Part shown: piece by piece, positions 1-13,840 of the stretch
How positions within the stretch are numbered: position 1 is the first letter of the stretch
Layout of the letters: every line of letters begins with the position of its first letter
Assembly (NCBI RefSeq): GCF_009914755.1
Contig: NC_060932.1
Reading direction: 5' to 3' (one strand)
Length of the DNA stretch: 64,000 nucleotides
Source of the DNA: the human T2T-CHM13v2.0 reference genome, Homo sapiens
Translations under genes and position numbers: made by a program
Notes under the pieces: generated by a model
Database searches by the model: none
What the model saw: only the letters and a program-made list of their open reading frames with translations
What the model was told of the DNA's origin: nothing

Positions 1-1019
1 CAGCTCCTTGGAAGAAAAAGCCACAGCTGGATCCTGCTGGGAACACTTAAAGGGTCATTGACTCATTGCTGTGGGCTAAGCATGGGCTATATTGAGAGGC
101 TAAAAACTACAGTTCCCCATATGCATATGTGTTTTATAACCATAAGTACCACCAGGTTCTCAGGCAAAAATCAGAGAAAGAGCCTTTTGTGTTTCCATCT
201 GGGAATCAGGTGGGAATAATTATTTTTTAATATTCCCAGAACACTGTCATCATTAACAAAGGCCTACCTTCAAGGAAAAGTACTTAGCAAACCTGGGTTT
301 ACCAGACCCTTACCACCCAGGCAGAAAGAAAATAGTCAACTGCAGGCCTCTCTAATCTTCCTGTCTCACCTAACTTGGGGGAAAGCTAAGAAGTACTTGT
401 GAAGTTCACAGCCTAGGGTCGCAAGCCCACTAAAAGACTGATACTTAAATATAGAAGCATAAAATGGTCCTCTTCTCTCCACACATTACCAAATCAACAG
501 GGCTCCTCAGTAATAGCAGAGAATTACAGCTGAAAAGAACTGCAAAGCTCAGACTATTTAAGAAGGATTCTCAAGAGAAATCTAGAGACAACAGGGGAGA
601 CTAAAACAAAGAAGCTAGAGGAAATTAGTCTCTGATGGCTACAGCTATAACAGGTATAAACACAGGCTAACTTCATCCAGATAAACATAAAACCTCACAT
701 TACAGCCCTGTTTACCTGAGTTCCTTTTACTGCATGCATCATCTTTAGTTTTCATCAAATAATTACAAAGCATTCCAAACATACGCTGAAGAGGTAAAGC
801 AAACATTAGTACCAGACCCAGATATGATGGAGACTTTGGAATTATCAAAACAAGAATCTGAAACAGCTATGACAAGTGTGCTAAGGGCTTTACTGGAAAG
901 TGGACACCGTGCACAAACAGATGAGCAGTGTAAGCAGAGAGATGGAAACTCAAAGAGTGAATCAAAATGGAATGCTGGAGACTCAAGGCATTGTAACAGA
1001 TATAAACAATGGCTTCGAG

Positions 1020-1378
1020 TGTCTTCATTCTGTAGGGCTGCCATAACAAGGTACCAGAGACTGGGTGTGGTAAACAGCAAAACTTTATTTCATCATGATT
1101 CTGGAAGCTAGACGTCCAAGGTGTTATCAGGGTTGTTTCCCCTGAGGCCTCTCTCCTTGGCTTGTAGATGCCCGCCTTCCCTGTATGTGTCTGAGTCCTA
1201 ATCTCCTCTTTTTATAAAAACATCAGTCATGTTAAATAAGGGTCCACCCAAAGACCTCATTTAATATTGATGACCTTGTTAAGATCCACTTTACAAATAT
1301 AGTCACCTTCTGAGGTAATGGATATTAGGACTTCAGTGTATTTCTTTCATTTTGGAAGACACAATTTAGCCCATAACA
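1020..1378 (-). mobile_element. MLT1B-like MaLR solo LTR
   Basis: Reverse complement starts TGTTATGGGCTAAATTGTGTC and ends TTGTTATGGCAGCCCTACAGAATGAAGACA; internal CTACAAGCCAAGGAGAGAGGCCTCAG. Confidence 0.85.
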
Positions 1379-1787
1379 ATTTCCAATTCTGCAAAGCAAA
1401 GAGAAAAGAAAATTTGGAAAACAAAAACAAACAAACAAACAAACAAACAAACAAACCGAATAGGAGATGTAGGACAATTACCAAAAATGTAATATATAGA
1501 TAATGGGTATTCAAGAAGGAGAATAAACAGAAAAAGGAACATAAGAACTATTTGAAGTAATGATGTTTCAGAATTCTCAAAAATAGTGATAAACACCAAA
1601 TCACAGATCCAGGAAACTCAGAGAAGACTAAGCAGAGTAAATACCAAAAATCTACATTTAGGCATATCAATTCAAACTGCAGAAAAACAACAAGAAAATA
1701 TTGAAGGAAGCCACAGTTAAAAACAAACAAACAAACAAAACAAAACAAAAAAGAAAAAAGCATCACACCTAAAGCAAAACAATGAAC

Positions 1788-2469
1788 CAGCAACGCATGG
1801 TGGCTCACACCTGTAATCCCAACACTTTCGGAGGCCGAAGCAGGTGGATCATCTGAGGTCATGAGTTCAACACCAGCCTGGCCAATATGGTGAAACCCCA
1901 TCACTAATAAAATACAAAAATTAGCCGGGTGTGGTGGTGCGTGCCTGTAATCCCAACTACTCGGGAGGCTGAGGCGGGAGAAACCCTGACATTGTGCTGA
2001 GATTGTGCCACCGCACTCCAGCCTGGGCGACAGATGTTAAATCAAGGTTAGCCTGAAGATCCCTCTTTACATATGTAATTTCAGCCTAAAGGCTTTTCTG
2101 TACATCATGAACTATAACAAGTAGAGGTGTAAACAGATGGTTGCCCAGACCTGTGCCAATCACTGAGTTGTGGCCAGTCAAATGTAGCCAATTGTTCAAA
2201 GGGTGTTCAAATAAGGCAAACGATGAGTGGTAACCAAACCAGTTATTTATGTACCTCACTTCTAATTTCTATACCCCACTTCCCTTTTTTTGTCTATAAA
2301 TCTTTTTCCACCATGTGGCTGCGCTGGAGTCTCTCTGAATCTGCCATGATTCTGAGGGCAAATTGTTCATGATTTGCAAATTGTTCATTGCTCAATTAAA
2401 CTCCTTTAAATTTAATTTGGTTCAAGTTTTTCTTTTAAAACAGAGCGAGACTCTGTCTTAAAAAAAAAT
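1788..2469 (+). mobile_element. AluS (Sx/Sz-like) split by an LTR insertion
   Basis: Alu body 1788-2034 resumes at 2441 (CAGAGCGAGACTCTGTCT-A tail). TSD ACAATGAAC at 1779-1787 and 2470-2478. Confidence 0.9.
2035..2440 (+). mobile_element. MER57-family ERV1 solo LTR
   Basis: Starts TGTTAAATCAAGGTTAGCCT, contains TGTTCAAATAAGGCAAAC and CCACCATGTGGCTGCGCTGGAGTCTCTCTGA, ends TTTTTCTTTTAAAA. 4-bp TSD CAGA at 2031-2034 and 2441-2444. Confidence 0.85.
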
Positions 2470-3989
2470 ACAATGAACTTCTTTTCAGAAACTATGCAAG
2501 CAAGAAGAAAACTAAGTAAAATGTTTAAAGCAATAAATGAAAAAAAAAATCCCACTAACCTAGAATTCTGCATCCAGTGAAATCGTTCTTTAAAAGTCAT
2601 GTAAAACCAGACTTTATCAGGCAAACAAAATTAAGGTAATATGCTGCCAGGAGACACTAATGTCAAGAAATGCTAAAAGAAAGAAGGGAAATTATGCAGG
2701 TTAAAAACTCATATCTGACCTATATAGATATCCAGGTTTTAAAATCTGCATACCTACATAAAGAATGAGTGCTAGGCAAAGTAATAAATGAAGGTAAAAT
2801 AATGTTTATTTTGTATCGCTAAATGATATTGATTATTCAAAATAATAATAGCAACAATGTATTTAGTTATTACAGCTTATGAGTTAGTGAAATAATGATC
2901 ATAGTGTTGTACAGGATAGCAGGAAGGAATTGAGAATTCTTGGTACCCACACTTCTCTTTGGGTGATATAGGGTTATTTTCAAGCGGGCTTAGAACAGTT
3001 GTGAATGTATATAGCAAATGCTAGGGCAAACACTGTGCTAGAGGGAAATTTATACCGTCAAATGGGTGCACTATAAAATAATAAAGTGTAAAATTAATAA
3101 TCTAAGCTTTTACTTTAGGAAACTAGATAATAAAGGGAATAGTAAATCCAAAATAAACAGAAGAAAGGAAATTACTAAGAACAGGTATGTGAAAGCGGCC
3201 ATCACTATGGAAGTCAGGAGCATTAAAAGCATATTATGGGAATATTATGAACAGCTCTATGCCCACAAATCTGAAAACTTTAATACCATGGACCAATTCC
3301 TTGAAAGACACACTCTACCAAAGCTTATTCAAGGAGAAAAAGACAATATGAATAGGTGTATACGTACAAAAGAAAGTGGTACAATGATTAGTAACCTTCC
3401 CAAACAGAAAGTAGCTGGCTCCAGTAGTTTCACTGGTAAATCGTACCAAATATTTAAGGAAAAATTTATACCAATTTTTTACAATTTCTTCCAGGAAACA
3501 GAAACAGAAGAAACATTCCTGACTCATTCTATAAGGTCAGCATTACTGTAATACCAAAACCAGACAAAGATATTATAAGAAAGAAAAATTATAGATCAAA
3601 ATCTCTCATGAGCATAAATGCAAACATTCTTAGCAAAATATTACCAAATCAAATCTAATTATGTATAAAAAGAATACATCTTGACTGGGTGGGATTTATT
3701 CCAGATCATCTGGTTCAATATTCAAAATGTAATTAACGTAATTCATCACATCCACAGACTAAAGAAGAATAATCATACGATCATTTAAATTGATGGAGAT
3801 AAAATATTTGACAAAATCCAACACTCATTCATGATAAAAACAAAACAAAGCAATGATACCTTTCCCAGGAAGATCTAGTACAGAATTATTCTAACGGAAA
3901 TGAGGAGAGAGGAGGAGAGTCTAAGTAAAAAGTGCTAATTCCCCGATCATTCATAGCAAGATGAACATAAATATGACCCAATGGTAAAA

Positions 3990-4288
3990 TATTTACTTTA
4001 TTTTATTATTTTATTTTATTTTTTGACATAGGGTTTCCCTCTGTCTTCCAGGCTGGAATGCAGTGGTGGGATCATGGTTCACTGCAGCCTCAATCTCCCT
4101 GGGCTCCGGTGACCCTCCAGTCCCAGCCTCCCCAATAACTGTGACTGCAGGTGTGCACTACCATGCCTGGCTAACTTTTGTATTTTTTTTTAGAGACGAG
4201 GTTTCATCATGTTGCCCAGGATGATCTCAAACTCCTAGGCTTAAGCAATTCACCCGCCCAAGCCCCATAAAATGCTGAGATTACAGAC
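3990..4288 (-). mobile_element. AluJ
   Basis: Diverged antisense Alu with J-type CACTGCAGCCTCAATCTCC and CTCCTAGGCTTAAGCAAT; (TTTTA)n tail. Confidence 0.9.
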
Positions 4289-5759
4289 AAAATATTTAAA
4301 GAGAAATAGAATGCTTTGCATTCTTTTAACTTGTAGATACAAATTATTTCAGGAAAGTTTACTTTTCTAATATTTCCAAACTTATTTTTTTCATTCCATT
4401 TCTTAATTCTGCTTTTGAGGAAATTGAGAATTAAACCTTCTTTGTCTTCCAAAGCTATTACCTATTACCAATTACTTATTTCTATATAATTAGTTCAGCT
4501 TTCTGTATCCTACCCACATAATTGTTTTCTGTTTCTAAAGCAACACTCATTTTTATTTTGGTAAAGATTTTGCTTCATTTGGACCTGAGCTTTCACAGCT
4601 TACTGTTTTCTTTTGTTTATTCTGTTTTATTTTCTACTGATGTATTTGAATCCTTATATCTCTTTTTTGAAACTTTCTATTTTTTGAATAAGAGTTCTTT
4701 TCCAAAAAGTATAAGTTTAATGATTTCTGTTTCTTTGTGTAATTAAGCTTTGGACAGAATTCTATGTCTATATTTTCCACGTGGTTACTTTATCATTTGT
4801 ATTTTTAGTTATGAACTCATGTTCTTAGCTATTTTTCAATATCTATAGATAGATCTTAAAGGGTTTTCTTTGTGCTCATTTCCTATTTTTGCGCGGCCTG
4901 AAGAGTTGAAGCACACGTTGAACAAGTGCAGGTGGTATAATCAACACACAGTTAACAACTTTGATTTGGGCTTTTCACAAATAACTCCTGCTGAAATGCC
5001 CAATGATGAAAGAAAATCTCCCATATTAATATTTGGCATTCAAGGAGTTGGTAAGGTTTACAGCAAAACTCCTTGAGGAAGGGATCCTCATCTTCAAATT
5101 TTTGCATTTCATCCACCCCTCAAACCTCTCGGCCTGTAGTAATTCCCCTAGGCTTGAAGGCTGCACTGTGAAAACCTAGAAATGCCACAAAGAGTAACTT
5201 CTAACTACTTTTCAAGACATTCTATAGTGTCACATTGAAATCCTAGAAAGTCAACACAGATTTCTGTCATGGTCTTTCCATCTGTAACCAAAGAGCACCT
5301 ATTTTGGAATTTTTGCTTTTATTTTTACAAAATAGTTGTTATTCTGCCTGAGGCTTGATGATTTTTATATTAAATCTCAGCATCCTTTTATCCGAGTCCA
5401 AATTTCACAATATTAGGTATGCATTGTGGAGTTGTGGTTTATTCAAATCTTCATTGAAGACAGTTTTTTTTTTTCCTAGTCTGTCTCAGTTTGGAAGAAA
5501 AATTACAACGTTTAAGAAAAAAAGAATAAACAAAAAATGGTCTTCCATTTAAAAAAAATACTGCCTTTTCTTTGACAGTTTTACTTCTACTGCCATAACT
5601 TTGGTTGTAATCGTGTATTCTTGAGTTACTGCAATAGTTTTCTAACTGGGCCCCTATTTATGTTCTCCACCCACTTCTGATCTACGCTACACACACTGCC
5701 AGTGTAATTTACATAAATATATCATAGTGCAAAGGTTAGTAGGGACCGTAACATTTGTT

Positions 5760-6220
5760 CCTGCATTCCACACATAAATATTGAGAAATTATGGAACTGA
5801 CATCAAGAAATAGCTGAGGAAAAACTCCTTATGTTTATGGAACAATAAAAAAGGGAGACAGACAATACAAAGAGAGCAAATATATATCTTAGTTAAGGTC
5901 GTGAAAAATGCTATGAAGTAAAAAAATTAGTGATAGAAGTGTTTTCTTTTAGACAGGATATTCAAAGGTTTATGCAGAAACACGATATTTAAACAGAAAT
6001 CAGAATACATTGAAGAATTGAGGAATGTTAATATCTAGAAGAGAGCATTGCAGGCAGCGAACAGGGAAAGTCCAGCAGGACTAGGTGGGAGCAGCTCTGA
6101 AGTGTTTAAGGAACAGCAAGAAAGCACTCATGGCTGGAATCTTGTCACCAGGGCAAGAGTGCTCATAGATGAGAAACAGTCAGGGGCAAGACTGTGCAGT
6201 GCCTTACAGGTCCTAGTGAG
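5760..6220 (-). mobile_element. L2 3' fragment
   Basis: Purine-rich L2 antisense motifs AGAGCATTGCAGGCAG and TGTTTAAGGAACAGCAAGAAAG; boundaries approximate. Confidence 0.65.
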
Positions 6221-6669
6221 GTTAGATAGCGCATGCATTACTCAGCATGCATGCAAGAGACTAAACAACTTCAGAGACCCTGGATTTAGTAATAGGGCTT
6301 ACAAGTACAGAGTGGACCTCATATATCCATCCCACCTCTTTTCACTGTGGGGTAGACCGAAGCCCAACGAGGACAGTTGTCTTTCCAAATCATAACGCTA
6401 CACTTTATGGTCCACACCTCCAACTGAGGGTTTCCTCTGCCTGGGGGCAGTGAGTCACCATTGTAAAGATCAGGGTTGGAGAATCTGGCTGTTATATAAA
6501 AAGGATTAGGGAGGGACGTCCCTGGTACTTGGTGAGACCATCTTTGGATCTAGCACCATGAAGTTCCTAACAAGAGGTCTACACCATGAACACTGGTTCT
6601 TTCTCCAGAAGATGCCCTTGGGCAAAGGAATGGGGAGAAATGTGGGTCTGGAGGCAGTGGAGCCAGGGG

Positions 6670-6838
6670 CCATATCTTCCTTCTGCCATTTCACTAACCA
6701 GCTGTGTGACGTCTGGCCAGAAACTGAAATCCTTTGAGTTTGTTTTCCATCTGCAGAACAGGGGTAAACTCACTATACCAGAGGGGTGTTGGTATGGTAC
6801 AATAGGAAAATCATGAAGGAAAGTATTTTGTAAATTGG
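6670..6838 (+). mobile_element. MIR
   Basis: Core-like AGCTGTGTGACGTCTGG...GTTTTCCATCTGCAGAACAGGG. Confidence 0.6.
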
Positions 6839-6918
6839 GGAACACATGGGGGAGAGATTGGACAGACAGCAGTGGACTTCCGGGGTGATACATGGAGAAT
6901 CACCAAACACAGTGTTTG

Positions 6919-7513
6919 TGACGACAGCAGTTTTGGGTCCTTGGCTCTTGTCTTTTTAGGTTAAAAGAATTTAAGCAAGAGACACACAGCAAAGGAGATG
7001 CAGCATAGAGCACTTCAATGGAAAGGAGAAAGAATATTTTGAAATCTAGGTGCAGAATAGACACTACCCTTTGAGACAGGATTCAGGGCAGGCTGCTCAT
7101 GAGGATGAGTCAGCCTCGACTGTCACTGGGGTGACTCGCTTTATGGAAGACTTACATGATTATTCTTAAGAGGGTGGGAAAAGGCGTTGCCAGTAAGCAT
7201 GTTCTGGTTGGTCTTCCGGGTGCACATGCACAGTCTCTGTACACGCTTGTTCATATATCTCATGTCTCATTAGCATCTTCAATCTCGACCCAAGGGTGTG
7301 GTTTTTACTACTGTGATGAGCAAAGAGTCAACTGAGGACAGGTAAAATCAAAATGCACAGCTCTGTACAGGGGAAATTCCCCACCTGAGCTGGCTGGGCT
7401 TGATGAGCTCAATTACAATGCGAATGCTGGGGCTTGTTGTGTTGACAGTGCAAGCACCATGGTTGCCACATCCCCAGGACATGGTTATTTCTTTGACTAC
7501 CTATCCCACCTCA
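6919..7513 (-). mobile_element. ERV1-class solo LTR (LTR29/LTR36-like)
   Basis: Reverse complement starts TGAGGTGGGATAGGTAGTCAAAGAAATAACCATGTCC and ends TCA. 4-bp TSD TTTG at 6915-6918 and 7514-7517. Subfamily name from memory. Confidence 0.75.
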
Positions 7514-7818
7514 TTTGGTTGCTTCATGAGCACTGGACCAGGTTAAAAGTGGACCCATAGGTAGACCTGAACCCCAACAATATCATTGGTGGAGATACTA
7601 ATTCACTGTATTTTTCACATGCCTTGCCTTTTGATAAGGCAACATTAAGTTGTTTATTAGACATCCACAGGGAGCTGCCTGATGGGCAACTGCAGTTATT
7701 AGTAACCTGGAAATTAGGAAAGGGTTGGGAAACTGAAATGTAAGGTTTGTGAATCATTGATTTAAAGATGGCATTTGAAGCCTAAGAGCTGGTGTTGGCT
7801 TGTAAAGAATGTGAGGAT

Positions 7819-8128
<310 letters not shown>

Positions 8129-8406
8129 TTAAAAAGAGTAGAAAGCGAGACAGAAGAAAAATCAAGAGCTTGTGGTGTTCCAGGAGCCATGTGAAAATGT
8201 GTCATGAAAAGCATGTGATTCCACATGCCAAGTGTTGAAAGGCAGTGCAAAATAAAAACAGACTTGATCACTAGACATGGCAACATGTAATTCACCGGCG
8301 ACTTTGAAAAAGGTGGGATTTTTTTCCCCTATGAAAGTGTGATATAAAATATGATTGGCATGGGTTTAAAGGAAATGGGAGGTGAGGAATAGACATGGAC
8401 CCCTGG

Positions 8407-8827
8407 TGCTATGGTTTGGATCTGTACCCCTACCTAAATCTCATGTTTAGTTGTAATCCTCAATGTTGGATGTGGGGCCTGGTGGGAGGTAATTGGATCA
8501 CAGGAGTGAATCCTTCGTGAGTGATTTACCATGATTACATTGGTGCTATTCTTGTGATCGTGTTGTCAAGATACGTGGTTGCTTAAAAGTGTGCAGCAAC
8601 TCCCCCCTGGCTCTCTCTTCCTCCTGCTCTGGCTATGTAAGATGCCCCTGCTTCCCTTTTGCCTTCCACCGTGATTGGAAGCTTCCTGAAGCCTTCCCAG
8701 AAGCAGAAGCTGCTATGCTTTGGGTGCAGCCAATGGAACCATGAGCCAATGAAACCTCTTTTCTTTATAAGATAAATTACCCAGTCTCAGGTATTTCTTT
8801 ACAGCAGTGTGAGAATGGACTAATATA
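8407..8827 (+). mobile_element. MST (MSTA/MSTB) MaLR solo LTR
   Basis: TGCTATGGTTTGGATCTGT...AATTACCCAGTCTCAGGTATTTCTTTACAGCAGTGTGAGAATGGACTAATATA; 5-bp TSD CCTGG/CCTGC. Confidence 0.9.
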
Positions 8828-9444
8828 CCTGCATTCAGACGTTTTTCTATAAAGAAGAGAAGAAAATATGGTGATACCTAAAGTGGTATTTGAGGATACA
8901 CGTTTTCAAATTATGGGAGATATTGGAACATGCTTATGGGGACAAACTAATAGAAAGGGAAAATTGATGATACAGAAGATAAACAAGAGGCACACCCATC
9001 TCAAGGAGGAGGCCAGGGGTGGGACACACTACACAAGTGGCCTGATAGTTGTTCAAGAGGAAGCTGGAGGGACAATCCTTCATATGAAGAAGGTAGAATA
9101 GACTTGGAAGGAAAGTGTGGCGGATTTTCTAGTGATGTTTTTGTATTTTCTCAGTTACATAAGAATCAGTCTCATCAGATAGGAGAGAAGGTTGAAGGTG
9201 GTGGTGGTTCAGAAAGAGAAAATGTGTGAAACAATTATTTCAATGAAAACTGACTAGGGAGACATAGAATTGAGAGATAGTGAGGGTCTCCATAAAGGTT
9301 GTACTGAAAAATAAAAAATAAGTTCAGTCTGCACAGTTGTGTATTTTTTCTTCTAGTCTTGCCCCAGCACCAACCAATTTCAGGCATTTCCATGCAGGTA
9401 TAATCACCAACATTAGATTTAATTTAGGAATTAGAAAATGAAGA

Positions 9445-9935
9445 TGTCAGCACTGAAAAAAAAAGAAGACACAGGAAAAAATTATCTCTAAGCATGTTGA
9501 GTTTACTCAGGAATAGAAATAAGGATTATAATCGGGATGCATGAAATGGCAAGTCACCAGTGCATTCTGGAGGGAAGGGAAAGGGAGCTTTTGTTAGCAA
9601 AAAGAGATTTGCATAAGCTGCTTAGAAACACAGTTCATTGGTTCCAGAGGCCCAAAACCAGAGTTGCTGTCACTTCATTGGTGGAGATGCAAGTAACCGG
9701 GCAAATGTTCTTCCAAGAACATTTTAACTGAATTACTGCAGTCCTAGAGCCTGTCTACCGATAAGCTTTATCAAAGCAGAGAATGCCTGAAGGACACAAA
9801 TGGGTTTTTTGTGGGGTTTTTAATCTTATCTTATATCGTTATCTTGTCTTAGACAAGTAGGCATGAGACCCCTCTCCTTCAGGTCTTCCTGGCTATGACA
9901 AAAGAAGTTTTATCTAGGTAACTGCAAATTTCACA
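9445..9935 (-). mobile_element. MER67-like ERV1 solo LTR
   Basis: Reverse complement starts TGTGAAATTTGCAGTTACC...GGAAGACCTGAAGGAGAGGGGTCTCATGC and ends GACA. Subfamily from memory. Confidence 0.6.
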
Positions 9936-10341
9936 AACAGTATTGGAGATGAAGGGTTTAAAAAGGGAAGAGATGACAGAAAAGACAGATGGCAGCGTCA
10001 CAGTTGAGTATAAAGAGAGATGAGCATTTGAGGAAGGTGGTAGACATGGAAACTAAGATTGTTTCTATGGATAGGAAGTAGCAGGGTACTTAAATATTTG
10101 TTTGACTCAGGGTACTTGAAGAAAGGGTGTGAAGAGAGGGTTGTGGACTGAGAATGTGATATCTTCAGTCAGGACTGGGAAGGACTCAGGGCCGTGATGC
10201 CGTCTCTAAGATGGACCCACCGCATGAGCGTCACCTCTTGTAGCGGAAGACAGAATTAATGGAAACGAAGAGGCCTGGGGTTAACAATGTCTGCAAGGTC
10301 GCTGACTTCATGAAGGACAACAGCACCAGTGATAAGCCCTG

Positions 10342-10682
10342 GGCCAGGCACGGTAGCTCACGCCTGTAATCCCAGCAATTTGGGAAGCCAAGGTGGGCGG
10401 ATTGCTTGAGCCCAGGAGTTCGAGACCAGCCTGGGCAACAGGGCAAGACCCCGTCTCTACTAAAAATACAAAAAGTAGCCGATTGTGGCAGCGTGCACCT
10501 GTAGTCCCAGCTTCTTGGGAGGCTGAGGCAGGAGGATCACCTGAGCTCAGGAGGAGGTCAAAGCTGTGGTGAGCTGAGGTTGTGACTGTGCCCTGCACTC
10601 CAGCCCAGGAGACAGAGTGAGACCCTGTCTAGGAAAGAAAAAAAAAAGAAAAAAAAAAAGGAAAGGAAAGAAAAGAAAAAAA
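10342..10682 (+). mobile_element. AluJ (Jb-like)
   Basis: Full dimer with GGATTGCTTGAGCCCAGGAGTTCGAGACCAGCCTGGGCAAC; GA-rich tail. Confidence 0.92.
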
Positions 10683-12043
10683 TGACCTTCTTGAGCAATT
10701 GAAGTAATTGGTACAGTTTGAAAAAAATAAAAATAACAAAACAAAACAAAACAAAAAAACACAAAAAGCCAGTCTCAGGTGAGGCAGGTGGTGAAGGGCT
10801 ACGAAACGCATGGGTTTCAATAATGCAGTCTCCTGTCCTGTGCCTCCAAGGAGGACTGTTTTTGGGGAGGATGTAGGAACAATTACCTGGAAGTAGAAGT
10901 GTAGAAGTGAAGCTTAGGGAGAGAGCCTATCCCCAGTCCAAGATCAAGATCAGTGGTGTGCAGGTTGCGGGAGAGGAAAAAAAAAAATCAGACCCGACTT
11001 GAGAGAGCAAAAGCCTGACAGCGTCCTCATGGGAGATTCAGGGATTGATTTTGGCAGAGAGTGGGAAGAAGCACGCAGTGTGGTCGAGAATGAAGCTGGA
11101 CACTCAGCAGGGGCCACTGCCCACAGCCCCGTGCCTCATCCCAAACCCTGGGAGTCCCTCCTGCAAGCTAAGGTGCAGGGGCCTGTGGGCTGGAGGACCA
11201 GAGGGTCTGGTTGCAGTGTTAGTGGGTAAGGATGGGAGTGGCCAAAACCAGAAACAGGACTGTGGCGGTAGTTGGGAGAGGTGATGAGGCCATGAACCAG
11301 GACAGTGATAAGGAGAAGGGGTAACGGCAAGAGGTCAAAAATGAAGGCGTGGAAGGGCAGAAAACAGCCTACAGGGACAACGAAGGAAGGGAGAGGGTGG
11401 AGGGGAAGTGGAAGGGGACAGGAGCAACCTTCGGTCCTGAGCACAGTGGGCCCGACTCGAGAGAGCCTGGAAAACGACCCTATAGGAGGAGTTTGCCTTT
11501 ACAGCCGAAAGTTGGAGAAAGGGTGGCCAGAAACATGTTTTATCTGCCACCTCCACAAAAGCAGAAATGTGTAGCATTAGCACTGTGTCCTCAGCATGAC
11601 AATGGTTAGGAGTAGACAAAAAGGATATGGCCTCAAATGTAAGGCAGAATAATGTTTACACTACTTTTGCAAGTGAGTATGCCTTCTGAAATACCCTGCT
11701 TTGAATTTCAACTTTTTAAGCCCAATTTTGAATCTTTAAAAATTATTTTGATGTGTAGAGGGGAAGAGACGGGAAATGTAAAGTGAAATGGAATAGAACT
11801 AGAGGCAAATCGTTTTCATTTTTTTAAGATATGTGAGCAGCAGAGGGGAAAATACTCTTTTCATGCTTAGCCGGATAGCTTTCTCTGTTCAAATGTCTGG
11901 AAATCAACTGAACCAGGGAACTGTAAACCTGCCTTCGGGGACCTGAATCAGGCAAGAAAACTCACACTAAGTCAGAACAATCAGAAGGAAAATGAGCTGA
12001 AATATTTACACTTCAAAATAAGGTTCCAAACTTCACGTACTAA

Positions 12044-12378
<335 letters not shown>

Positions 12379-13669
12379 GGCATGTTTTACACTTTTATGC
12401 AATTCTGAAAAGGGCAAAGTTAATGTAAATTTAATGCAAACTATTTTTCATTATAACTGCATAAAAATATGTTCTCCCAGGAAGCCTACAAAATCAAATA
12501 AAATATTTTGAGATTAGACTAAAAGATGACATAGCAATTTAATCATGTTTATTAAATTTATTATTAAAAATGTATTATAACAAAAACATCACCTATTGCA
12601 AGTAGCATTCACGCACTACTTATAAGCAATTGGGTTGGTGATAAAATAAGAGCTACTGAAAATTTACTCTTATTAACATGACCTCTTTATTTTGGAGTAT
12701 GTGCCTGGTACTTAATGTTTTACACAATTGAAATTAGAAATAATATCACCTTATGCTTTCTCAATTATACATAATTTATAAATATTTGGTTCTGCTAATA
12801 AAACAAATTTTATTCACATAAAATGCCAACTGTAAAACTTGGAGATGTAAACTGAGGTCATAGTATGAGCTAGGGGATTCTTCAGTGCCCTGCACATGGC
12901 TGAAAACACAGTATGCACTGAGAAAGGAATTCATTCACAGATTACTCATGATAGACCAAAGAGGGAAATGCTGTCAAATGACAGAAGTTATGTATGGCTC
13001 ACAACAGCCTTGGGAGGCGTCAGGTGAATGTTCAATGAAGCAGCAGCCCATGTCCAGGCCTCCTATAAAGACCTCCTTGTGCAAGCCTCAAAACTGTGAC
13101 ATGAGAATGAGACAAGACTTATCCCAACTCAGCTCAGATAATTAGGACCCGATCAATCAAGAGTAAAGACACAGATAAAAAGAAAACAGGATCGCCATTT
13201 TGGGTAAAATAAAATTTCGAGTAGATGGTATCTGGCTCTGGTTAAGGTGTTATCTCCTCCACTGGACTGTAAAATTTTCTAGACAAGATAATAACAGTTG
13301 CTTTCACGCCTTCACACAGTATTGTTGTGAACATGAAGTGCAGACGTGCAATGTGCATCGACTTTGTAAAGTGAACAGCATTCCAGATATTTAAATTATT
13401 TTCTTTTATCATTCTATTTAACGTTTTAAACACAGCTGAGGTTGTTGTATTTGGTGTTGTGCTGGGGATAGAACTAAAATCAAGTTACAGTGGGCCTACA
13501 GGACTGTTTTAAGAACATGAAACCCTACAAAGGCAGACTCAAGGCAGAGTTTTGTAACCAGGCCTTCCTTAGTTGACCCTCAATTAATATCAAAGGATGT
13601 TTGTTGACGATGCCTGGTGGGAAAGAGTGGGTTTTCTGAAAAGAGTGGGAATTTAAAATTTAAAAAAAG

Positions 13670-13840
13670 AACCTGGAGTTCCTGTTTGACTTCTGGCTTT
13701 CCTCTCAGACAAGGCTCTTAGCCAAGCCAGGCCTGGCTTCTACATAAAAATGAGGAAAATAACATCAGGATGTCATGGCTTATGCAGGGATCAGTTGAGA
13801 CAACACAATATAAATGAAACTGGATTATGAATTTTAAAGT
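13670..13840 (+). mobile_element. MIR-like fragment
   Basis: Degenerate core (CTACATAAAAATGAGGAAAATAAC...GGATCAGTTGAGACAAC). Confidence 0.4.

Larger units (their letters stand above)
1..3840 (+). mobile_element. Old L1M (L1MC/MD-type) LINE remnant: 5' region, ORF1 and ORF2 pieces, interrupted by younger insertions
   Basis: ORF 3066-3551 (ILWEYYEQLYAHKSENFNTMDQFLERHTLPKL...FTGKSYQIFKE) resembles L1 ORF2p upstream of the RT domain. A-rich ORF1-like sequence lies at 780-1015 and 1450-1780. Many stops and frameshifts. Confidence 0.85.

Noticed and set aside
3066-3551. Longest ORF (161 aa) as a gene
   Set aside because: It is a decayed L1 ORF2 segment with a non-ATG start, flanked by frameshifts.
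10999-11619. Cluster of overlapping ORFs in G-rich sequence
   Set aside because: Purine-rich, stop-poor sequence, partly L2-like, with no protein similarity and no CpG island.
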